Shown here: one piece after another, positions 39,820 to 48,101 of the stretch
Layout: every line of letters starts with the position of its first letter
Position numbering within the stretch: the stretch's first letter is position 1
From: Akkermansia sp.
GTDB lineage: Bacteria > Verrucomicrobiota > Verrucomicrobiia > Verrucomicrobiales > Akkermansiaceae
Assembly: GCA_030523775.1 (NCBI GenBank)
Contig: JAUNHW010000012.1
Location: forward strand, 6,715-70,714
Length of the DNA: 64,000 bases
Direction: 5' to 3'
Program-made: the position numbers and the translations under genes
Notes under the pieces: model-generated
The model's database searches: none
What the model saw: the letters and a program-made list of their open reading frames with translations, nothing else
Told to the model about the DNA's origin: nothing

Positions 39820-41772
39820 ATGCGCAAGACTTGGATTTGTACGTTGTTGGCGGCGGTTGCGGCAGCTCCCGCATTCTCGCTGGACTGGATGACGGATTTC
39901 GATGCCGCCAAGGCACAGGCCGCCAAGGAGGGCAAGCCCATCCTCGTGGACTTCACGGGGTCGGACTGGTGCGGCTTCTGCATCAAGCTCAAGAAGCAGG
40001 TGTTCGACACCCCGGAGTTCGATGCCTACGCCAAGGACAAGTTCGTGTGCCTGGAAATCGACCTGCCGCACGGCAACAAAATCAGCGAGGAGCAGAAGAA
40101 GGCCAACGAGGCGCTCAGCGAGCAGTACAACGTGGACGGCTTCCCCTCCATCTTCGTGATGACCCCGCAGGGCTACGTGGTGGGCGGATTCAGCGGATTC
40201 CACGAGCTCGCGGATGCCAAGGAGGCGCTGGATGCCGGACTGGCCAACGCCAAGGCCATGGCCGATGCGCAGAAACTGGAGGGTGATGCCAGGGTGGACG
40301 CCATGTTCGCGGTGTACAAGGGGCTGGATGAGGACCTGGCGCCCGCCGCCCAATCCCTGCGCGACGCCATTGCGCAAATGGACACCAACGACCGCTGCGG
40401 CATGCGCCGCGGCAAGCAGGCGGCGGAGGAGATGAACACCCTGCAGGAGCAGTTGCGCAAAGGGGTGGAGGAGTCAGGCTCCGCCGGGCTGAAGGATGTG
40501 CTGGCCAAGCTGGAGGCCGCACGGCCCGCCCTGCTGCCGGAGAACAGCCACGCCGCCGTGCAGATGAAAACCAGCATCATGTTCCTGCTCTGCGAATCCC
40601 AGGAGGATTTGGATAAATTGCGTGACACCATCGTGGCGGACCTCAAGGCGCTGGACCCCGCCCATGCCAACCCGGAACAGGTGAAGCAGGACATCGAGCG
40701 CGTCACCCAGATTGCCAAGGACGGCCAGCGCGCGCTCGACTACGCCAAGAACAGCCGTGCAGAGCTTGATGACCGCGCTGCGGCCGCCAAGGTAGCCAAG
40801 GAGGAGGAAGAGGAGGAAGCCCGCCTGCAGGCCGCCGGTGCCGCCAAGCTGGTGTGGGGCACGGACCTGGCCGCCGCCAGGGAGCAGGCCGCCGGGGAGA
40901 ACAAGCCCATCCTGCTGGTGTTCACGGGGTCGGATTGGTGCGGCGCATGCATTGCCCTGCACCAGGAGGTCTTTGAGAAACTGAGCTTCGCCGCCTATGC
41001 GAAGGAACGCTTCATCCCCGTGGAGATAGACTGCCCGCACGGCAACAAGATGAGCGAGGAACAGAAGAAGGCCAACAACGCGCTGGCGGAGGAATTCCAC
41101 GTGGAGGGCTTCCCCACCATCCTTGTGCTCAACCCGCAGGGTGTCGTCTCCGGCGGATTTGTCGGCGGCCAGGAAATGGCAGACGTGAAGGCGGATTTGG
41201 AAACCGCGCTCGCCAACGTGAAAAAGCTTGCAGATGCGCAATCCCTGCAGCCGGAAGCCAGGCTGAAGGTTCTCACCACCCTTTACAACGAGCTGGACGA
41301 GGACGTGGCCCCCTGCGCCGCCTCCCTGGAGGCGGAAATCACCAAGCTGGACCCGGAGGACAAATCCGGCTTCCGCCATGGGCGGGAAATTGCCGCCAAG
41401 CGCGCCAAGATTGAGGAGATGACGCAGCAGTTCCTGGAGGAACGCGGCGTGGACGCCCTGCCGGAGCTCGTGAAGGCCTGTGACGAGCAGCTGCCCAAGA
41501 TTGAACCGGAGCTCAAGCTGGACATCATCACCACCAAGGCGAACGCCCTCATGCTCGCCGCGGAATCCAAGGAGGACCTGCAGAAGGCGTGCGATACCCT
41601 GGAGGCGGACCTCAAGGGCGTGGACCGCGCTGTGTCCGACCCGGAGCTCTACAAGGCCTGCGAGGAGGCTCTCCAATCCTGGCGTGAGAAGGCGGACGCC
41701 GTGCTGCAGGAGGCCAGGCAGATGCGCGAAATCCTGAAATCACTCCGCAACATTCAGCAGGAGCAGGAATAG
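39820..41772 (+). CDS. Exported protein with two thioredoxin-like domains
   Basis: Signal peptide; DFTGSDWCGFC and FTGSDWCGAC, each with a cis-Pro motif GFP. Confidence 0.88.
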   Translation: MRKTWICTLLAAVAAAPAFSLDWMTDFDAAKAQAAKEGKPILVDFTGSDWCGFCIKLKKQVFDTPEFDAYAKDKFVCLEIDLPHGNKISEEQKKANEALSEQYNVDGFPSIFVMTPQGYVVGGFSGFHELADAKEALDAGLANAKAMADAQKLEGDARVDAMFAVYKGLDEDLAPAAQSLRDAIAQMDTNDRCGMRRGKQAAEEMNTLQEQLRKGVEESGSAGLKDVLAKLEAARPALLPENSHAAVQMKTSIMFLLCESQEDLDKLRDTIVADLKALDPAHANPEQVKQDIERVTQIAKDGQRALDYAKNSRAELDDRAAAAKVAKEEEEEEARLQAAGAAKLVWGTDLAAAREQAAGENKPILLVFTGSDWCGACIALHQEVFEKLSFAAYAKERFIPVEIDCPHGNKMSEEQKKANNALAEEFHVEGFPTILVLNPQGVVSGGFVGGQEMADVKADLETALANVKKLADAQSLQPEARLKVLTTLYNELDEDVAPCAASLEAEITKLDPEDKSGFRHGREIAAKRAKIEEMTQQFLEERGVDALPELVKACDEQLPKIEPELKLDIITTKANALMLAAESKEDLQKACDTLEADLKGVDRAVSDPELYKACEEALQSWREKADAVLQEARQMREILKSLRNIQQEQE

Positions 41773-41814
41773 GGCGGAGCCAGCCGCCACACCCGCCCGC
41801 AATGAGCCTTTCCC

Positions 41815-43026
41815 CTACTGCTGCGTGGCGCGGTAGCCAAGCTCGTTCTTGAGCAGGGCCTTGGCCTCGCCGAGAAGGAAGAAGGAACCGCAGATGAGCG
41901 TGGGGCCGGTGCTGGATTGCAGGCATTCCGCCAGCGTGGCGGGCGTGGAAACGGGGGCGTTGCCGAAGGCGCGCACCTTATCCGCCAGCTCATGCTGCGG
42001 CAGGATGCGCGGGCTCTGCACAGGCGGCAGCACCCATTCCGCCACAATGGGGGAAAGCAGGGAAATCACCTCGTCCAGCGCCTTGTCTGCGCTGCCGGCA
42101 TAGATGCAGCGCGCCCGGGCGCCGGGGTATTCCCTTTCCCACGTTTCCACGAGCACGCGGATGGCGGGCGGGTTGTGCGCGCCGTCCATAATCACGCCGG
42201 GGGCAATCTCCTCGAACCTGCCGGGCCACTGCACCTCCGCCAGTCCGCGCGCCTCCTCCTCTGCAGAGCACAGGAAGTGCGGCAGCGCGTGGAGCGCGGC
42301 CAGCGCCAGCGCGGCGTTCATCTTCTGGTATGTTCCGCGCAGGCCGAGCGGCTGTTCGCAGGGCGTGTCCACGATGCGGTAGTCGGTGTCCATACGCTGG
42401 GCGGCCTCGTGTATGGCGCGCAGGGCGTCCGGCTGCTGCGGGGCGGAGAGTGCGAGGCGGTGCCAGGCGATGATGGCGGCCTTCTCCCCGGCAATCTCGT
42501 AGAGCGTGTTGCCCAGGTACTGCATGTGGTCCATGCCGATGGGGGTGATGACGGCCACGTCCTTGGGCACGGCGTTGGTGGCGTCCAACCGCCCGCCCAT
42601 GCCGGTTTCCAGGATGATGATATCCACCGCGCGCTCCGCGAAGTGCATCATGGCCACGGCCAGCACGATTTCAAAGAAGGTGGGCGGGGTCTCCCAGTCC
42701 GCGATGGTGTCCCTCACCTTGCCGATGAGGCGCGCGGCGTCCGCATCCGGGATGTCCTCTCCGTTGACGCGGATGCGCTCGTTGAACGCTATCAGGTGGG
42801 GGGAGGTGAACAGGCCGGTGGAGTACCCCGCCGCGCGCGCCACGGATTCCGCGAAGGCGCAGGTGGAGCCTTTGCCGTTGGTGCCCGCCACATGGATGAC
42901 ACGGGCGCGCGGCTCGCTCACGCCGCATTCGCGCAGCAGGCGGCGCATGCCGTCCAGCCCCAGCTTGATGCCGAACACCTGCGTGGCGTACAGCCAGTCC
43001 AGCGCCTCTGCGAGTCCGGTGAACAC
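41815..43026 (-). CDS. folC: Folylpolyglutamate synthase/dihydrofolate synthase
   Basis: HVAGTNGKGS, FTSPHL, ETGMGGRLDATN, WPGRFE, DGAHN. Confidence 0.95.
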   Translation of the reverse strand: MFTGLAEALDWLYATQVFGIKLGLDGMRRLLRECGVSEPRARVIHVAGTNGKGSTCAFAESVARAAGYSTGLFTSPHLIAFNERIRVNGEDIPDADAARLIGKVRDTIADWETPPTFFEIVLAVAMMHFAERAVDIIILETGMGGRLDATNAVPKDVAVITPIGMDHMQYLGNTLYEIAGEKAAIIAWHRLALSAPQQPDALRAIHEAAQRMDTDYRIVDTPCEQPLGLRGTYQKMNAALALAALHALPHFLCSAEEEARGLAEVQWPGRFEEIAPGVIMDGAHNPPAIRVLVETWEREYPGARARCIYAGSADKALDEVISLLSPIVAEWVLPPVQSPRILPQHELADKVRAFGNAPVSTPATLAECLQSSTGPTLICGSFFLLGEAKALLKNELGYRATQQ

Positions 43027-43030
43027 GGTA

Positions 43031-44443
43031 TCAATAGCGGTAGAACTCGCTCTTGAAGGGGCCCTGCACGGGCACGCCCAGGTAGTCCGCCTGCTTCTGC
43101 GTGAGCGTGGTGAGACGCACGCCGAGCTTGTGCAGGTGCAGGCGCGCCACCTCCTCGTCCAGCACCTTGGGCAGCACCTTCACGCCGGGCTTGGCGGTGG
43201 CGCGGTCCTTCCACAGGGCCATCTGCGCGAGCACCTGGTTGGTGAAGCTGTTGCTCATCACAAAGGAGGCGTGGCCCGTGGCGCAGCCCAGGTTCACCAG
43301 GCGGCCCTCCGCCAGCAGGTACAGGCTGTGGCCGTCCGGGAAGGTGTACATGTCCACCTGCGGCTTGATGTTGGTGCACTTGATGCCCTCGCGCGCCTGC
43401 AGACGCGCCACCTGGATCTCGTTGTCGAAGTGGCCGATGTTGCAGACGATGGCCTGGTCTTTTATCTTCTCCATGTGCTCCAGGGTGATGATGTCGCAGT
43501 TGCCGGTGGTGGTCACGTAGATGTCTCCCCAGCCGAGGGTGTCCTCCACGGTGAGCACGCGGTAGCCCTCCATGGCCGCCTGCAGCGCGCAGATGGGATC
43601 CACTTCCGTCACCACCACCTGGGCACCGAGCCCGCGCAGCGCTTGCGCGCAGCCCTTGCCCACATCACCATACCCGCACACCACGGCCACCTTGCCCGCC
43701 ACCATCACGTCCGTGGCGCGCTTGATGCCGTCCGTCAGGCTTTCGCGGCAGCCGTACAGGTTGTCGAACTTGCTCTTGGTGACGGAATCGTTGACGTTGA
43801 TGGCGGGGATGAGCAGGCGGCCGTCGCGCTCCATCTGGTAGAGCCTGTGCACGCCGGTGGTGGTTTCCTCGGACACGCCGGCAATCTCCGGCATCCAGCG
43901 GTGGAACACGCCGGGATTCTCCTTGGCGATGCGCTTGAGCAGGGCCTTGATGACGCCCTCTTCCGCGGATGTGGCGGGGGTGTCCACCCACGGGTCGCCG
44001 TCCTCCATTTCATAGCCCTTGTGCAGCAGGAGCGTGGCATCGCCGCCATCGTCCACAATGAGCTGCGGACCCTTTCCGTCCCTGTGGCAGAGGGCGTTCC
44101 AGGTGCACTCCCAGTATTCCTCCAGGGATTCGCCCTTCCAGGCGAAGACGGGCACTCCGGCGGCGGCAATGGCGGCGGCGGCGTGGTCCTGTGTGGAGAA
44201 AATGTTGCAGCTGGCCCAGCGCACCTCTGCGCCCAGCGCCACCAGCGTTTCGATGAGGATGGCGGTTTGGATGGTCATGTGCAGCGAGCCGGTGATGCGC
44301 ACGCCCGCCAGCGGCTGCTGCGGCCCGTACTTCTCCCGGCAGGCCATGAGCCCCGGCATCTCGAATTCCGACATCGTGATTTCCTTGCGGCCCCAGTCCT
44401 TGAGGGATATATCCGCCACCTTGTATGATGCGTTCTCAGTCAT
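43031..44443 (-). CDS. ahcY: S-adenosylhomocysteine hydrolase
   Basis: [44 protein letters not shown]. Confidence 0.97.
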   Translation of the reverse strand: MTENASYKVADISLKDWGRKEITMSEFEMPGLMACREKYGPQQPLAGVRITGSLHMTIQTAILIETLVALGAEVRWASCNIFSTQDHAAAAIAAAGVPVFAWKGESLEEYWECTWNALCHRDGKGPQLIVDDGGDATLLLHKGYEMEDGDPWVDTPATSAEEGVIKALLKRIAKENPGVFHRWMPEIAGVSEETTTGVHRLYQMERDGRLLIPAINVNDSVTKSKFDNLYGCRESLTDGIKRATDVMVAGKVAVVCGYGDVGKGCAQALRGLGAQVVVTEVDPICALQAAMEGYRVLTVEDTLGWGDIYVTTTGNCDIITLEHMEKIKDQAIVCNIGHFDNEIQVARLQAREGIKCTNIKPQVDMYTFPDGHSLYLLAEGRLVNLGCATGHASFVMSNSFTNQVLAQMALWKDRATAKPGVKVLPKVLDEEVARLHLHKLGVRLTTLTQKQADYLGVPVQGPFKSEFYRY

Positions 44444-44452
44444 GCTGCCGCA

Positions 44453-44481
44453 AGTCTAGCGCAATTGCACCACCGGGTCAA
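44453..44481 (-). promoter_or_regulatory. Promoter of ahcY
   Basis: TTGACC-17-TAGACT, 9 nt before ATG 44443. Confidence 0.75.
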
Positions 44482-44498
44482 GGGAGGATGTGCCGCAC

Positions 44499-44526
44499 CA
44501 CCCGTGCCGCATATGCGGCACGGGTG
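44499..44526. terminator. Perfect 28-bp palindrome after pheT
   Basis: CACCCGTGCCGCATATGCGGCACGGGTG. Confidence 0.7.
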
Positions 44527-44537
44527 TGTAAGGCATC

Positions 44538-47015
44538 TCACCTGAAGCTGAGGCCCTGCACCTTGGAGGCGAGGGTATCCAGCACCTGCTTGTGGGCGGC
44601 ATCCACCTCTGCGGCGGTGAGGGTCTTCTTCTCGTCGCGGTAGAGGAAGGAATAGGTCATGGCCTTGCGGTCCGCGGGAAGCTTCTCGCCGGAGGGATCG
44701 CAGAACACGTCCTTGAGGTTGAAGGAGACGAGCAGCTTCTGCTTGGCGGCCTCCACGGCCTTCACGATATCCGCGTTGCGGGTGGCGGCGGACACATCCA
44801 GGGAGGCATCGCGGCCGGAGCCGGGGAACTGCGGCAGGTCCGCGGCCTTGTAGGGGGCGGTGGCCACCTGCTGGAGCTTGCGGAGGTCCAGCTCCGCGTA
44901 GTAGCACTCCATGGGCAGGCCGAGCGCGCGGCACTTGGAGAGCGACAGGCGTGCGAAGTAGCCGCAGCCTTGTCCGTTGATCTGGATATCCGCGCCCACG
45001 GCGGCGTTCTCACGCTCCTGCTTGGCGGGAACAAGGGTGATTTGTGCCTTGGGCACAATGGTGTCCACCACGGCGCGCAGGTGCTCGAAATGCACGTCTG
45101 CGGGCTTGGTGGCGGCCCAGCTGGCGGGCGTAAGCTTGCCGGCCATGAAGATGCCGAGAACCTCGTTCTCGATATCCTTGCCCTTGCCGCCGCCGGTGTT
45201 GCGGAACACGCGTCCGCACTCGAAGAAGCGGAGGCAATCCATGCCCTGGTTGATGTTGCGGGCGGCCACGGCGATGAGGCCGGGAGCGAGCGAGGGACGC
45301 AGGGTGGAGTGGTCTTCCGAGATGGGCAGCGCCACGCGGATAATGTCGCCCTCCACAAGCGGCTTGATGGGCAGGGCGTTCTCCACGCTGGCAATGGTGG
45401 GATCAATGCTCTTGTCGGCAATGAGCTTGAAGCTCTGCACCTCCCAGAAGCCGGCGCCGGCGAGCTTGCGGGAAACCTGCATGCGGTAGTCGTTGGCGCG
45501 GTCGCTGGCGCTTTCCTCCACGTAGATGGCGGTGTTGGTGGCGGGGATGTTGTCGATGCCCCACACGCGCACCACCTCCTCCAGCAGGTCGCAGCTGCGC
45601 TTCAGGTCGATGCGCCAGGGCGGGCATGCCCAGGAGCCGTCGCCGTTGTCCTCCAGACCGAGGTTTTTCAGGATGCGCGCGGCCTCCAGGTGGGGGATGG
45701 AGGCGTTGGTCATGACATCCAGCTCCTTCCAGTCCAGCTCCACGTTGCGGAGGGCGTTGAAGATTTTGGCATTGGTGCCCTGGGCCACCACCTTGGCGGC
45801 GGCGGCCTTCTCCTCCGGCACCAGGCAGGGGGCCTGGCCGGCCACCATGGTGGGCTCCACCGTGCCGCCCGCGCATTCCAGGATGAGCTCGATGGCGCGC
45901 CCGGCGGCGAACGCCACGTTCCACGGGGACGCCCCGCGCTCGAAACGGTAGGAGGAATCCGAGCCCAGCCCCAGGCGGCGGCTGGTGTAGCGGATGCCGG
46001 AAGGCTGGAACCAGGCGGACTCCAGCACGATGTCCGTGGTAGCCTCCGTAACGCCGGAATCCAGACCGCCCATCACGCCGCCGAGGGCGAGGGCGGCGCC
46101 GCTGGCATCGGAGATGACCAGGTCCTCATGCGTGAGCTCGTACTCATCCTCCATGAGGCTGGTGAACTTCTCGCCGTCCTTGGCGTAGCGGATGTTGAGC
46201 CCGCCGGTGAGCTTGGCGGCATCAAAGGCGTGCAGCGGGTGGCCCAGCTCAAAGAGCACGTAGTTGGTGATATCCACCACGTTGTTGATGGGGCGCAGGC
46301 CGATGGCGATAAGGCGCTCCTGCAGCCACTCCGGGGAGGGGGCGATCTTGATGCCCTTGATGCGGGTGGCGGTGTAGAGCGGGCATGCCTGCGGCGCGGA
46401 AAGGGTGATGAAATCCCCGGCGGGCACGGTGTCCAGCTTGTACTCCGGGGCGTGCGGGGTGCGGCCGGTGATGCCGGCCAGCTCGCGCGCCATGCCCCAG
46501 TGGCTCAGCAGATCCGGGCGGTTCGGCGTGATTTCCAGCTCAAAGATGGTGTCCGACTTCACGAACTCGCGAACGGGCGTGCCGATGGCGTAGTCCTGCG
46601 GGAGAATCCAGAGGCCGTGCTCCTTGTCGGGCAGGCCGAGCTCGGATGCGGAGCAGAGCATGCCGTTGCTGGCCACGCCGCGCATCTTGCCCTCCTTGAT
46701 TTCCCAGCCGCCGGGCAGGATGGCGCCGGGCAGCGCGCAGGGCACCTTGTCCCCCACCTTGTAGTTGGCGGCACCACACACGATCTGGCGCAGGGAACCC
46801 TCCCCCGCGTCCACCTGGCAGCAGTTGAGGTGGTCGCTGCCCTCCACGGGCACCTTCTCCATCACCTGGGCCACCACCACCTTGTCCGTGGTGACGCCGC
46901 GCTGCTGGATGCCCTCCACCTCGATTCCGGCGAAGGTGAGCATGTCGGCCATCTTCTGGGTGTCAAGGTCCGCGATGTCGATGTATTGGGAAAGCCAATT
47001 GAGTGAAACGTTCAT
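44538..47015 (-). CDS. pheT: Phenylalanine-tRNA ligase beta subunit
   Basis: QIVCGA, GMLCS, TPNRPDLLS, PINNVVDITNYV, C-terminal anticodon-binding domain. Confidence 0.96.
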   Translation of the reverse strand: MNVSLNWLSQYIDIADLDTQKMADMLTFAGIEVEGIQQRGVTTDKVVVAQVMEKVPVEGSDHLNCCQVDAGEGSLRQIVCGAANYKVGDKVPCALPGAILPGGWEIKEGKMRGVASNGMLCSASELGLPDKEHGLWILPQDYAIGTPVREFVKSDTIFELEITPNRPDLLSHWGMARELAGITGRTPHAPEYKLDTVPAGDFITLSAPQACPLYTATRIKGIKIAPSPEWLQERLIAIGLRPINNVVDITNYVLFELGHPLHAFDAAKLTGGLNIRYAKDGEKFTSLMEDEYELTHEDLVISDASGAALALGGVMGGLDSGVTEATTDIVLESAWFQPSGIRYTSRRLGLGSDSSYRFERGASPWNVAFAAGRAIELILECAGGTVEPTMVAGQAPCLVPEEKAAAAKVVAQGTNAKIFNALRNVELDWKELDVMTNASIPHLEAARILKNLGLEDNGDGSWACPPWRIDLKRSCDLLEEVVRVWGIDNIPATNTAIYVEESASDRANDYRMQVSRKLAGAGFWEVQSFKLIADKSIDPTIASVENALPIKPLVEGDIIRVALPISEDHSTLRPSLAPGLIAVAARNINQGMDCLRFFECGRVFRNTGGGKGKDIENEVLGIFMAGKLTPASWAATKPADVHFEHLRAVVDTIVPKAQITLVPAKQERENAAVGADIQINGQGCGYFARLSLSKCRALGLPMECYYAELDLRKLQQVATAPYKAADLPQFPGSGRDASLDVSAATRNADIVKAVEAAKQKLLVSFNLKDVFCDPSGEKLPADRKAMTYSFLYRDEKKTLTAAEVDAAHKQVLDTLASKVQGLSFR

Positions 47016-47033
47016 GGTAAGGAAGGGTTGGGG

Positions 47034-48044
47034 TTATTGGAACTGGGCGAGGAAGCGCACATCGTTCTCGATGAGCAAACGGATATCGCGGATGCCCCAG
47101 CGAATCATGGCGAGGCGCTCCAGGCCGATGCCGAAGGCGAAGCCCGTGCAATCGCTGTACAGGCGCTTTCCGGTGGCCTTGTCGATGTTCTCGAACACGG
47201 CGGGGTTCACCATGCCGCAGCCGGCGATTTCAATCCAGCGCGGGGCCTGGCCCGCCGCCTGCAGCAGCACGTCAATCTCGAAGCTCGGCTCCGTGAACGG
47301 GAAGAAGTGCGGGCGGAAGCGAACCGCCGTCTCGCTGCCGAACAGGGCCTTCAAGAAGTACTCCAGCGTGCCCTTGAGGTCGCCCACGCTCACGTGCTTG
47401 TCCACGTACAGTCCCTCAATCTGGTTGAAGGCGGAGAGGTGGGTGGCGTCGATGGCATCCCGCCGGAAGGCGGAACCGGGGCAGAAGATGCGCACGGGTG
47501 GCGCCTGCTTCTCCATCACGCGGGCCTGCACGGTGCTGGTCTGCGTGCGCAGCAGCTTGCCGCTGTCAAAGTAGAAGGTGTCCTTCTCGTTGCGGGCGGG
47601 GTGGTCCTCCGGCGTGTTGAGCGCATCAAAGCAGTGCCACTCGTCCTCAATCTCCGGGCCGTCTGCAAGCGTGAATCCCATGCGGCGCAGGATGCGCACG
47701 GCCTCATCCCGAACAATGCTGATGGGGTGCAGGCCGCCGCTGGGGAGCGTGGCGCCGGGCATGGTGAAATCGCACCCGGCCACGGCGGCGCGGTCAATCT
47801 CCTGCTGCAGCGCCTCCTTGCGGGCGTCCAGCGCGGCGGTGATGGCGGCGCGGGCCTCGTTCAGGAGCGCGCCCACGGCGGGCTTGTCCTCCTTGGGCAC
47901 ATCCTTCATGCCCTGCTGGAGCTGGGTGAGTGTGCCCTTCTTGCCAAGGATGGCCACGCGGGCATCCTCCACGCCCTTCATATCGGCAATGGAGCCGATG
48001 CGGGCCAGGGATTCTGCTTGTACGCTTGCTATCTTCTCTTTCAT
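47034..48044 (-). CDS. pheS: Phenylalanine-tRNA ligase alpha subunit
   Basis: HPAR, LRTQTS, FRPHFFPFTEP, GCGMV, AFGIGLER. Confidence 0.97.
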   Translation of the reverse strand: MKEKIASVQAESLARIGSIADMKGVEDARVAILGKKGTLTQLQQGMKDVPKEDKPAVGALLNEARAAITAALDARKEALQQEIDRAAVAGCDFTMPGATLPSGGLHPISIVRDEAVRILRRMGFTLADGPEIEDEWHCFDALNTPEDHPARNEKDTFYFDSGKLLRTQTSTVQARVMEKQAPPVRIFCPGSAFRRDAIDATHLSAFNQIEGLYVDKHVSVGDLKGTLEYFLKALFGSETAVRFRPHFFPFTEPSFEIDVLLQAAGQAPRWIEIAGCGMVNPAVFENIDKATGKRLYSDCTGFAFGIGLERLAMIRWGIRDIRLLIENDVRFLAQFQ

Positions 48045-48056
48045 AACGCGCGGCAC

Positions 48057-48084
48057 ACTATACGCGCGTGCGCGGGTTTGTCAA
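48057..48084 (-). promoter_or_regulatory. Promoter of pheST
   Basis: TTGACA-16-TATAGT, 12 nt before ATG 48044. Confidence 0.75.
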
Positions 48085-48101
48085 GCCCAAAGCAGACACC
48101 G

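Noticed and set aside
44444-44537. SAH riboswitch upstream of ahcY
   Set aside because: The space is taken by the pheT hairpin and a promoter 9 nt from the ATG
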